Source: the human T2T-CHM13v2.0 reference genome, Homo sapiens
Strand: one strand, 5' to 3'
Length of the DNA: 64,000 nt
NCBI RefSeq assembly: GCF_009914755.1
Contig: NC_060932.1
Of this stretch, positions 1 through 11,785 are shown piece by piece. The position numbers and the translations under genes are program-made. Below the pieces are notes generated by a model. The model was not told the origin of the DNA and did no database searches. It saw only the letters and a program-made list of their open reading frames with translations. The number at the start of each line of letters is the position of its first letter. Position 1 is the stretch's first letter.

Positions 1-208
1 AGAAAATGCGGTGTTTGGTTTTTTGTCCTCACGATAGTTTGCTCAGATTGATGGTTTCCAGCTTCATCCATGTCCCTACAAAGGACATGAACTCATCATT
101 TTTTATGGCTGCATAGTATTCCATGGTGTATATATGCCACATTTTCTTAATCCAGTCTATCATTGTTGGACATTTGGGTTGGTTCCAAGTCTTTGCTATT
201 ATGAGTAG
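1..208 (-). mobile_element. LINE-1 (L1PA) 3' fragment, continues off the left edge, in an ADAMDEC1 intron
   Basis: Antisense L1 ORF2-end/3'UTR text (catccatgtccctacaaaggacatgaactcatc...ggttccaagtctttgctatt), nearly the same as 48070-48210. Confidence 0.9.
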
Positions 209-1040
209 TTTTCCAAATCTTTAAGAATTCGGAAGCAGTCTACAGATGTTGAATGGACATATCTTTTCCCAAGGGTTGTGTATCCCATTAATTCAACTTC
301 CAGTCTCTTGATGCACAAATTTTAAAAACTACCAGGGCTCATTCTTTAAGATTTCCAAATATGCCAAGATAGAGCTTGCACGTATGATGACCTTATAATT
401 TTAACTTAAAATAATTCCAACTGAAAATGAACCCATAGTTTCTAAAAATATTAATCTCATTATGTTGATGACAGGATCTTCTTATATTCCCATCATCAAT
501 CAACCAATCAATCTGTTTTTGCATATTTATGAATTACCTGTGAATGCCAGGCACTTTGCAAAGACTTTGGGATAGAAAAATAAATAAAACATACTTTGTT
601 CTTGAAATGCTCACAAAGAAGGAGAGAAATATTTCCATACAGCCCAGAAGCCTGCAACTACTTCCCTTCACTGGTTCATTATTATTATCTCTTGCCCCTC
701 AATTCTCAATGCAAAATGAGTGGATAATTACAAATGGTGATGGCTGTCACTGCTGTCCTTTAGAACAACATTAAATGGCCACATGGAAATTGAAATCCTT
801 CCAGCTCTGTGACTTAGGCTCTAGGAAGAAAAATGTCCAAATACCATAGTATGCATGCTCTACCACCCACCACATTTAATACAGGGCAGTCCTAAATGGT
901 TGCCAAATTTGGAATTTCCATTGAGCTCGGTAATACAGTTAGATAAATCAGAGTCTCGTGTTTCTTTATCTTTATTCTGTGTTTCACGCAGAAGGCACCA
1001 CACTGTATATCATATTATTTGAGTTTTCTTCTGATTACAG

Positions 1041-1218
1041 TTCAAAATTCCCAAAGGATTTCAGTACATCTTGCCGTGCACATTTTGAAAGATACCTTTT
1101 ATCTCAGAAACCAAAGTGCCTGCTGCAAGCACCTATTCCTACAAATATAATGACAACACCAGTGTGTGGGAACCACCTTCTAGAAGTGGGAGAAGACTGT
1201 GATTGTGGCTCTCCTAAG
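1041..1218 (+). CDS. ADAMDEC1: ADAMDEC1 internal exon: end of metalloprotease domain and start of disintegrin-like domain ([59 protein letters not shown])
   Basis: ttacag acceptor (AG 1039-40) and AAG|gtatta donor (GT 1219-20). ADAM CGNxxxExGExCDCG motif. Peptide recognised as decysin-1. Confidence 0.96.
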
Positions 1219-3128
1219 GTATTATTTATTAGAATTATTGGGGCAGAAGAATTATGCAGTTTTCTTTTTGTTTTCCAATATTCTTTTGGAAATTCTTTCT
1301 AAAGACAAACTTGGCATCGTAGTTAAAAAGGAGATTTGTGCTTGTGTTTTTGCTACTGAATTTAGTAATCCTTTGAAAGGCATTTCAAAAACTAGGACTT
1401 GATTTTGACATAATTATATGAAGTTAAATGTAAAAAAGTAAATTGTTAACTATAACATGTCACTTGCAATCTTTCCAAAACGTGTATTAGTCAGAAATCC
1501 CTAGACGACATAATGTCACAGTTGATCATCTGTTGAACAGTAACAATTAGAGATCTAGAAGTAAGTTCTACTCAGAGGGAGAGTTGGTCTTTTCTCATCA
1601 AGCCAGTGTATAAACCAGGTTGTAAACAGAGAAGAAAGAGGAAAAGAAAAAATAATCACAAAAATCTGTAGAAAATAGGCTATTAACATAGAACATCCAG
1701 AATAAGCACTATGATTCTGCTAATTTATATAAATTAGACTCCTTCAAGGCATTTATGTACTCTAAAGAATGCTGATCACTAGCAATCCCATTGCCTTCTA
1801 AAAGATATTCTGTTGCTCCACTGGTGAAGCAGGATGCAGTCCAAGAAGTATCCATTACTTAAGATGGCTCTGTGACAATGAACATGGCGTCTAAACTCTC
1901 TATGCTTCAGTTTATGTATTCAGAAATTTTAGCTGGTTAGATTAGATCAGAAGACTACACAGCCTAACTTAGTCATTTGTGAAGAATATTGTAAACTTTC
2001 TGTTAATTATAAAGAGGCATGGAATTTTACAAAAGATTTGACATTTTATAGCAAATTAGAGTTACGTTTATCTCGTTCTTACTTGCTTACATTCATCTAT
2101 GGTTTCTTGGGTGGAAGACAATTGAAGATACTCAAAACCCTAGGTACTTCTGGTTTCAGCAAGTAAATGGTATGTATTTACAGAGAAGAAAGGGGGAAAG
2201 GATGAAGGAAGAGGCCAAGAGAGGACCATTGTATACACAATATGTAACATCTAAAATTCTTGAATTATGTCAGTCAACTCTTGTATTATTTTCATATCTT
2301 GTTGATTTTTTTCTTATGTAATTGAATAAAACCAGAGAGTTCAGGCTTAGGAACAACTGAATTTCTAAATAACTGTTTTCTTTTCCAAAAAGTAGTATGT
2401 ATACTTCATACAGTATTGTTTATTGAGTAATCCAATTTCTCATAGATCTGATATCCCAGTTTATTATTCCTAGGTATATAGTTAGGGTTTTTTTTTTAGA
2501 TTTTAAAAATAAGCTTTCTGTCTAGATATTTCTCCCAGGCATCACACTATTTTAAAGATTGTAACTTGACAATGCGTTTTAATGTCAAGTCTCTTCATTG
2601 TTTTGTCGTTACTGTTTTAGCTGCAAATTTGCCCTCAAATACCATTGAGATTTGATGGAAATGCATTAAATTTATATTTAACTTTGAAGGGCACTGATAT
2701 TTTTACAATATTAAGTATTGTCTTAAAAGACAAGTTGCCTTTAAAGTTTCTCAGGAAATGTATATATAAAGTTCTTCATGGAGTTCCTGCACTTTTGAAA
2801 GGCTTTCTAAATTATTTTCATATTTTTCTTTCTGCTGTATGTTCAATTTTTTTTAGTTTGGACTTACACATCATACATCTAGACAAAATTTATTTTTGAA
2901 AAATTCTTGAATAATTCTATTTCTCACCTTTTGAGAAGTCTTCATTGCTGATAATATTTTGTTTTCTATTTTTCAATGTCCTTGGTCATTTTCACTGGAA
3001 TTTGCCTATCAGAGTAATTTACCTTAAAAAGTAAACTTTCATTGCCATCTTGTGCCAGAATTCTATCACCTAGTCTATGGGAAGAAAATGTTGAACCCAC
3101 CTTTTTCCATTGTGTGTGTGCTTTGAAG

Positions 3129-3214
3129 GAGTGTACCAGTCTCTGCTGTGAAGCCCTAACGTGTAAACTGAAGCCTGGAACTGATTGCGGAGGAGATGCT
3201 CCAAACCATACCAC
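3129..3214 (+). CDS. ADAMDEC1: ADAMDEC1 penultimate exon (ECTSLCCEALTCKLKPGTDCGGDAPNHT + AC), truncated disintegrin-like domain
   Basis: ttgaag acceptor (3127-28), phase-0 continuation of the previous exon, CAC|gtaaga donor (3215-16). 86 nt. Absent from the ORF track. Confidence 0.95.
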
Positions 3215-4417
3215 GTAAGACCTTTTGTTTTCTTTGTTCCAAAACGTTTTCTCACGTTTATTTCAGATTTGAGAAAAATATGCCACTGGGTTCCATAATA
3301 CACTAAAACACAATGTATTTTATATTTTTCAAACGACTCAATTTTGGAGAGGAAAACTAGCAATCATTATGAGCATGACTAAGGATTGTAGACAAACACT
3401 CATGAGAAAGTAGCTACTTTGACATTTGTGAGATTAGGGCTGCTGGAATCTATGCCAAAAACTGTTTAAATTCCCGTTAGAGAACGATGAGTTTAATACA
3501 AACCAAAATGAGAAAAGAAAAGTGTATTTAAAAACAGCCTCAGTTGATGAGCTCATTTTATTCTTGGTTAAAAGCTGATAGTTTTAATTTGCAAGGCTGT
3601 CAGAAAATCAATAGCATTTAAGAACATGCTATAAGATTTGACAATTTTACTCCCTTTAAAGTGTCTCAATGAGCCATAATTCAGGTAGTAGTTCTGTGTC
3701 TTATACAATCCTATGTGAGCTGGGCTAGGGAACCCAGTTACTTGGAAAATGGTACTTGTTTCAGTGAAAAATAACCTCTAAATATAAAATGGCAACAAGA
3801 AAAATAAAAAATAGGGGAAAGACTCAGGATACATTTTCTTTACTCCTCTTTCCCAATTCTTTTCTGGAATTGAAACTGCAGAGACAGTATAAAGAAAATA
3901 ATTGACTCAAGCACCATCAATTATCATTTCATAGGGAATGGATAGGCAAGGTCAAAGATAAGGACCAACGCTTGTTTATTTACCAAACACCATTTAATAC
4001 AGCCTACATGAATCATGGAATGAATCCACTCTGCAGGGAATTCTGGAAACTGTGCCCAGGCCAGAAACATAGCATCACAAAAGAAAAAAAATCATCCAGC
4101 TATTTAAGGGCTTGGAACCCTAGGTGAACATGCCCCTTACTGTGCAAGATAGGCAATTTATACCATGGAAGAAAATTGGAGGTGGACTCAGGAAACTAAA
4201 ATTCTAGTCTTTTCTGTCAGAAACTAGCTGTGGGACTTTAAGTCCAGATAAATTAGTTTTTTTCACTCATGAAATACAGCTAATGGTATAGTCTCTTAAA
4301 TAATATGAATTGTTATTCACATAATTTAAATTCTATACATTTTCATTATCATTATTACATAATATTTTGTAACTTGTAATAACCCTGGCTTCCAAATTTT
4401 ATTTTTCCTTCAATCAG

Positions 4418-4424
4418 AGAGTGA
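4418..4424 (+). CDS. ADAMDEC1: ADAMDEC1 final coding nucleotides (A GAG TGA, completing ...HTTE*)
   Basis: Polypyrimidine tract plus caatcag acceptor ending at 4417. AC+A=Thr, GAG=Glu, TGA stop 4422-4424, giving the DAPNHTTE C-terminus I recall for ADAMDEC1. Confidence 0.92.
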
Positions 4425-5140
4425 ATCCAAAAGTCTGCTTCACTGAGATGCTACCTTGCCAGGACAAGAACCAAGAACTCTAACTGTCCCAGGAATCTTG
4501 TGAATTTTCACCCATAATGGTCTTTCACTTGTCATTCTACTTTCTATATTGTTATCAGTCCAGGAAACAGGTAAACAGATGTAATTAGAGACATTGGCTC
4601 TTTGTTTAGGCCTAATCTTTCTTTTTACTTTTTTTTTTCTTTTTTCTTTTTTTTTAAAGATCATGAATTTGTGACTTAGTTCTGCCCTTTGGAGAACAAA
4701 AGAAAGCAGTCTTCCATCAAATCACCTTAAAATGCACGGCTAAACTATTCAGAGTTAACACTCCAGAATTGTTAAATTACAAGTACTATGCTTTAATGCT
4801 TCTTTCATCTTACTAGTATGGCCTATAAAAAAAATAATACCACTTGATGGGTGAAGGCTTTGGCAATAGAAAGAAGAATAGAATTCAGGTTTTATGTTAT
4901 TCCTCTGTGTTCACTTCGCCTTGCTCTTGAAAGTGCAGTATTTTTCTACATCATGTCAAGAATGATTCAATGTAAATATTTTTCATTTTATCATGTATAT
5001 CCTATACACACATCTCCTTCATCATCATATATGAAGTTTATTTTGAGAAGTCTACATTGCTTACATTTTAATTGAGCCAGCAAAGAAGGCTTAATGATTT
5101 ATTGAACCATAATGTCAATAAAAACACAACTTTTGAGGCT
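4425..5140 (+). other. ADAMDEC1: ADAMDEC1 3' UTR (3' end approximate)
   Basis: Follows the stop codon. AU-rich with a T-tract at ~4615-4655. Ends shortly after AATAAA. Confidence 0.8.
5117..5122 (+). terminator. ADAMDEC1 polyadenylation signal AATAAA
   Basis: AATAAA followed ~20 nt later by a U/GU-rich element (ttttctgtgtggtc). Confidence 0.8.
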
Positions 5141-5803
5141 TTTCTGTGTGGTCATTTTCAAAACTGAGTATTTTCAAGCTTCTTTTGTAGGTTTGTGTTA
5201 GGTGCTGAAGCTCACATCATTGGAAAATCACCGCTCTGGTAATTTGATAATATTGTCACAGATAGCCAAGCAATGCTATATGAACATGAGAAGAGGAGGT
5301 TGTATCATCTTTTCATGCCCAAAATGGCATGATGTGAGGCCAGTCACACAGGAAGACTAGGCTTCTTCCTGAGGCTTCTTTCTTGAAATAATTTTTAACA
5401 ATTAATGAAAGTTACCTAAATTTCCACAGATGCCTATGCTGGGAGACTAGAAACTTAGACATGTTTTTAAAGATTGGGCTTTGAAACCAAGGGCCTCCTG
5501 GGATGCCCTGCATGACAGTGTTGGCCATCTCCCCCTTCATGGCCTTGATGTCATCGATGGGCTGGCACTCCCAGTGTTTCCTGTGAAGCTGTATGCCAGG
5601 TGTGCATATCAGCCCGGCTGCAGCCCCAGGATATGCCTTGCCAAGATCTCCACTGCCCACGGGTTTGATACGAACTTCCAGCCAATTCTTCGAAGGAAAA
5701 AGGGCTTCTTAGGACATCCTTTCCACCCCACCCCCAACCCCTGACCTTGTGCTCAGGTAGGGGCTTCTTATAGCAAAACTCACTGAGCTGCAGGGATTAA
5801 AAT

Positions 5804-7223
5804 CAGTGGCATGCTGGAGACTTCTAGTACAGGCTTGTGAATGTCAACTGTTAAACTTTAAGAAATATTGTGAGCTGGTTGCTAAACACGGCCACTACCG
5901 AAACCCAACGTGTATAAATTCATAATTAAATTCTAGCAAAAGCAAAGGAAATACTCAAAACATATCACTCCCTATTCTACTACATTTGACTCATCTATGC
6001 TCTATAGTTATTTAACTCTAACATAGTTATGTGATGTAAATACTATATAAGCATGTGCTACTGAGACCTCTTCCCTACTGTCTGGCCAGTGACATCACGT
6101 TGCAGTGGTATATGACAGGAGGACTTTAGCACAGAATAGCCAAATGCTACAAATCGAGGTTTGATTTATTGTTTTATTTATTGTCTATACTTAAGAAAGT
6201 GATGGAGTTTTAACTTAAAAGTAAGTCTTGTTTATAGCAATTAAAATGTGAAAGCATAAAATTTTGAAAGGATATTTTTTCATTATTTGAAAACTATCAT
6301 CCAACTCAATAGTCACTCACACTTTTAATGAATGAGTGAAATTCTAATATATGTCTTTATTCTTTCAATTTTACTCATTGATGTAAGCAAAAATATCAAC
6401 CAAAATGTTGGAACTATACTCGTTCATTGCTTGCCAGCATAGTTTGGCTAAGGCTTAATAGTTCAACAGAAACCAACGGAAGCATTCTGTTAAAATCAAT
6501 TGCCTGTTTGGAATTATAGTAATATTGTATTTTTAATTATTATTCAAAAACTGCATGCTACACATTATATCACCGAAATTTAGAATAAACATAGGTACTT
6601 ATATGTACACATCCTTTTTTTCCCCAAGAGATAGCTTTTTTCTCATCAATAATTATTAATTATTAATTTTTATTTTTATTTCAATAGTTTTGGGCGTACA
6701 GGTAGTTTTTGATTACCTGGATAAGTAATCTAGTGATGATTTCTGAGATTCTGGTACACCCATCACCTGAGCAGTGTGCAGTGTACTCATATATAGTCCT
6801 TTATCCCTCACCCTCCTTCCAACAATTCCCCCCAAGCCCCCAAAGTCTATTATATCATTCTTGTGCATTTGCATCCTTATAGCTTAGCTCCCATTTATAA
6901 GTGAGAACATACAATATTTGGTTTTCCATTTCTGGGTTACTTCACTGAGAAGAATGGCCTCCAGCTACATCCAAGCTGCTGTAAAAGACATTATTCCTTT
7001 TTATGGCTGAGTAGTATTCCAAGATTTATACATACCACATTTTCTTTATCTACTCATTGGTTGATGGGCATTTGGGTTGGTTCCAAAAAGGGAACACTTT
7101 TATACTGCTGGTGGGAATATAAACTAGTATAACTAGTATGAAAAACAGCATGGAGATTCCTTAAAGAATTAAAAGTAGGACTACCAGGGAGTCAGCTTTT
7201 AAAAATTTACCAGCATACCACTG
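5804..7223 (+). mobile_element. MER63-type hAT DNA transposon, interrupted by an L1
   Basis: Terminal inverted repeats cagtggcatgctgg (5804-5817) and ccagcataccactg (7210-7223), 13/14 match. Degenerate 8-bp flanks attaaaat/attacaga. Internal sequence resembles MER63. Confidence 0.8.
6640..7188 (-). mobile_element. L1PB-type 3' fragment with 5' inversion, nested in MER63
   Basis: Antisense L1PB 3'UTR 6640-7085, then a sense L1 piece 7086-7186. Candidate TSD gagatagctttt (6628-39) / gagtcagctttt (7189-7200). Confidence 0.8.
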
Positions 7224-8371
7224 ATTACAGAACCTTAAACATAAACTTTTAAAGTTCCATATGTAGCTACCTGCTCTAAGGTAGGCAAATGAATGTCATC
7301 AGAGTGGTCAGGGAATGCAGTAGGATGGATTCTATTAGCCTAAAAATATGATCACCACCCCTTCTCCACTGACTTCCTAGCCAATGAGCAAGTATAGCTG
7401 CACAGTGTGGCCCTTCTGTCTTTCTTCCAGTGTTTTTCCTTAAAAAAATCCCTGGTTTCTTTTCTTTTTCTTTTTCTTTTTTTGAAATTCCTTTGGTTAG
7501 GCTTACTCCAGTCGATTGAACATGGATTTATAGACATAAGTCTCAAAAGAAAGGAGTCAGGATTCTGATTATTTTCTGCCTTAAGAGAATACTCTGCCTG
7601 ATTGCTTGAGATGCTATACAGATATGGGAAGGGAGGAAATAGGGTGGATCCTTTCTAATTCTACCTAATAGCATCCAACCACTGAAATCTGGTGTATATT
7701 TTGAAGCAGAAATGACACCTGACCCCAAGTGCTTTGAGTGTTGAAGATCCAAGCGCTTGCCTAACCCCAAATGTCCTACTCAATAAATTTCAATTTTGAA
7801 ATGATTCCTCGTGTGTCATGAAAAGATCCACTTTTTTAAGAAAACTGGCTTAGACATGTGGGCAATCTTTAAAGGTTGTGCATAATTAACATATCACCAA
7901 ATAACTAATTTAAGTGAAATGTTTTCTACTGAATTTAGCATGGATCATAGAATTATTTAGGGAAAAATAGTCATTTCTTTGATAAAAAGTTAAATGCTAT
8001 TTTTAGAAACCTCCAGAGGGTTGGTATGTTGGTAGACCAAACATCTGGATGGTTTGCTTTTGATGTTTGACAACAATGCATACAGTTTAACAGTTAAATA
8101 TGACATGACTTTTAACATCTAGCAATTACTTTTCAAAGGCATAATCATTTCCAACCAAAGCAGAAATAAAACACTATTATTTATCTGTTCAATGGATAGG
8201 TTTTTCAAAGCATTTTTGCATCTTTTATCTAGTTTGATTCTTAGTGAAATCAATAAGAGACATATATGATGATAATCATTATTATTTAAAATTTATAGGG
8301 GCAGAATCTGTGGCCAAAGAGGTTGTTACATGATTTATCTAAGGTTCTATAGAAAACTTACGGCAAACAGA

Positions 8372-8709
8372 GGCCAGGCACAGTGGCTTATGCCTGTAAT
8401 GCCAGCACTTTGAGAGGCAGAGGCGGAAGGATTGCTTGAGCTCAGGAGTTCAAGACCAGCCTGGGCAACATAGGAAGACCCTGTCTCTATAAAAGATTAA
8501 AATATTGACTGTGTGTGACGGTGAGTACCTGTGGTCCCAGCTACTTGGGAGGCTGAGGTGGGAGGATCATTTGAGCCAGGAGTTTGAGGCTGCAGTGAAC
8601 CTGGAACTACACTCCAGCCTGGACAACAGAAAGAGACACTGTTCCAAAGAAAAGAAAAAAAGGAAAAAGAAAAAGAAAGAAAAGAAAAGAAGAGAAAAAG
8701 AAAAAGAAA
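8372..8709 (+). mobile_element. Alu (AluJ-type)
   Basis: Dimeric Alu with J-type features (ggattgcttgagc, gaggctgcagtga) and a long GAAAA-rich tail. Confidence 0.92.
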
Positions 8710-9259
8710 CCTATAACACAAATTCAGAGTCCTAAAGCTAGGAATTCTACCACTTATCCTCCATTCTGATGGAATTATCTCTTGAGATGGACGAATGCCA
8801 CATATTAAAGCATTCAGGAGCCACTTTATTTGTTGATACATACAAGGTGTCATAAATCCTAAGAGGACTGAGGATGATGTTAAAAAATGAATGTGAACTT
8901 GAAGCATGAATGCCTGCAGATAGTGCTCAGTAATTTGCTTTCTAAAGACACTGATTGCTCCTTGACCAAATTGCCTCACACTAGGAGTTCACTGTTAAAG
9001 TAAAAAATATTTAGCCTTACAATTTATGTATAAAATTGAAATGTAATTAATTGGAAGAAAATTGAGTCCACACAAGGATAAACAAAATTTCCCATTTTTA
9101 GTGATTAAAAAGCACATATATTGAGTTTCTATAAACAAATAGATATACTATATACTGGAAGCTTATTGAACACATACTGTATACTTTAGTAATGTACCTG
9201 GTGTATTATTCAATAACAAGGATAGAAGATATCTAAAGAATATTTTTTCTTCCAAACAC

Positions 9260-10696
9260 TTTTTTAAACTTGTGTTTTAAGTTCAGGGGTACACGTGCAG
9301 GATGTGCAGTTTTGTTACATAGGGAAATGCGTGTCATGGGGGTTTGCTGTACAGATTATTTCATCACCCAGGTATTAAGCTCCGTACCCATTAGTTGTTT
9401 TTACTCATCCTCTCCCTCCTTCCACCCTCCACCCGCCATTTGGCCCCACTGTGTTGTTCCCCTTTATGTGTACATGTGTCTCATCATTTAGCTCCCACTT
9501 ATAAGTGAGAACATGCCATATTTGGTTTTCTGTTCCTGCATTAGTTTGCTAAGGATAATGGCCTCTAGCTCTATCCACATCCCTGCAAAGGACATGATCT
9601 TTTTCTTTTTTATGGCTGCATAGTATTCCATGGTGTATATGTACCAAGTTTCATTTATCCACTCTATCACTGATGAACATTTATGCTGGTTCCTTGTCTT
9701 TGCTGTTGTGAATAGTGCTGCAGTGAATGTACATATGCATGCATCTTTTTAATAGAATGATTTATACTCCTTTGGGTACATACTCAGTAATGGTATTGCT
9801 GGGTCAAATGGTATTTCTGTCTTTAGGTCTTTGAGGAATTGCCACGCTGCCTTCCACAATGGCTGAACTAATTTACACTCCCATCAACAATTTCTAAGTG
9901 TTCCTTTTTCACCACAACCTTGACAGAATCTGTGATTTTTTTACTTTTTAATAGCAGTCATTCTGACTAGTGTGAGATGGTATTTCATTGCGGTTTTGAT
10001 TTGCATTTCTCTAACGATCAGTGATGTTGAGCTTTTTTTCCTATGATTGTTGGCCACATCTATGTCTTCCTTTGAGAGGTGTCTGTTCATGTCTTTTGCC
10101 TACTTTTTAACGGGGTTATTGTTTTCTTGTAAATTTGCTTAAGTTCCTTATAGACGCTGGCTATTAGACCTTTGTCCAATGCATAGCTTGCAAAATTTTT
10201 CTCCTATTCTGTAGGTTGCCTAGTTACTCTGTTGATAGTTTCTTTTGCTCTGCAGAAGCACTTTAGTTTAATTAGATCCCATTTGTCTATTTTTGATTTG
10301 TTGCAATTGCTTTTGACATTTTTGTCATGAAATCTTTGCCTGTGCCTATATCCGGAATGATATTGCCTAGGTTGTCTTCTAGGGGTTTTACAGTTTGGGG
10401 TTTTACATTTAAGTCTTTAATCCATATTGAGTTAAATTTTGTATATGGCATAAGGAAGGGGTCCACTTTCAATGTTCTGCATATGGCTAGACAGTTATCC
10501 CAGTGCTGGTTATCCCAGCAACATTTATTGAATAGGGAAACTTTTCTCCATTGCCTGTTTTTGTCATGTTTGTCAAAGATTAGATAATTGTAGGTGTGTG
10601 GTCTTATTTCTGACTTCTCTATTCTGTTCCATTGCTCTATGTGTCTGTTCTTATACCAGTAGCATGATGTTGGGCAGCATGATGCCTCCAGCTTTG
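9260..10696 (-). mobile_element. Older L1PA 3' fragment (~1.4 kb), antisense
   Basis: L1 3'UTR and ORF2 C-terminal peptides on the minus strand (ORFs 9488..9670 and 10287..10736). Confidence 0.92.
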
Positions 10697-11449
10697 CATT
10701 AGAGAAATGCAAATCAAAACCACAATGAGATACCATTTCACACCAGTCAGAATGGCTACTATTAAAAAGTCAAAAAAATAACAGATCTTGGCATGGTTAT
10801 TGAGAAAAAGGAACACTCATACCCTGCTGGTGGAAGTATAAATTAGCTCAGACATTGTGAAAGACAGTGTGGCAATTCACCAAAGACCTAAAATACCATT
10901 AGATCCCCCAAACTCATTACTGGGTATGTACCCGAAGGAGTATAAATAATTCTATTACAAAGATGCATGCATGTGTATGTTTACTGCAGCACTATTCACA
11001 ATAGCAAAAAGATGGCACCAACATAAATGTTCATCAATGATAGAATGGATAAACAAAATGTGGTACATATACACCATGGAATACTATGCAGCCATAAAAA
11101 AGAACAAGATGCTGTCCTTTGCATGGATATGGACAGAGCTGGAAGCCATTATCCTTAGCAAACTAACACAGGAACAGAAAACCAAATACAGCATGTTCTC
11201 ACTCATAAGTGGGAGTTAAATGATGAGACACATGTACACTTAGAGGGGAACAACACACAGTGGGGCCAGTTGGAGGGTGGAGGGTGGAAAGAGGGAGAGG
11301 ATCAGTAAAAACAACTAATGGGTAGTGGGCTTAGTACCTGAGTGATGAAATAATCTGTACAACAAACCCCCATGATACAAGTTTACTTATGTAATAAGCT
11401 TGCACATCCTGCACATGTACCCCTAAACTTAAAATAAACGTTAAAAAAT
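10697..11449 (+). mobile_element. Older L1PA 3' fragment (~750 bp), sense; inverted partner of 9260-10016
   Basis: ORF2 end (ORF 10971..11219, [11 protein letters not shown]...SLISGS), 3'UTR and A-tail. Confidence 0.92.
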
Positions 11450-11451
11450 AG

Positions 11452-11785
11452 AATATATTTACCATGGAATACTACTCAGCCATAAGAAAAAAATGAAATG
11501 ATGTTTTTGCAGCAACATGGCTGGAACCGGAGGACATTGTCTTAAGTGAAATAATTCAGAAGCAGAAAGCCAAATACCTCATTTTCTCACTTACAAGTGG
11601 GAGCTAAATAATGTGTACACATGGGCATAGAGTATGGAATGATAGACATTGGAGACTCAGAAGGGTGGGTGGGTGTGAGAGGGGTAGGTAATCAGAAATT
11701 ACTTAATGGCTATAATGTACATTATTCTGGTGATGAATACAATAAGATCCCAGACTTCATCATTTAAAAAAAAAAGGAAAGAAAG
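11452..11785 (+). mobile_element. L1PB/L1MA-type 3' fragment
   Basis: accatggaatactactcagccata...ggagactcagaaggg...cccagacttcatc followed by an A-rich tail. Confidence 0.8.

Noticed and set aside
958-1302. 114-aa ORF as a standalone gene
   Set aside because: Only 1041-1218 is exonic. The rest is intron read-through around canonical splice sites.
9260-11449. Twin-priming explanation for the opposed L1 pieces
   Set aside because: Both pieces include the same 3' terminus, whereas twin priming gives non-overlapping segments and one tail.
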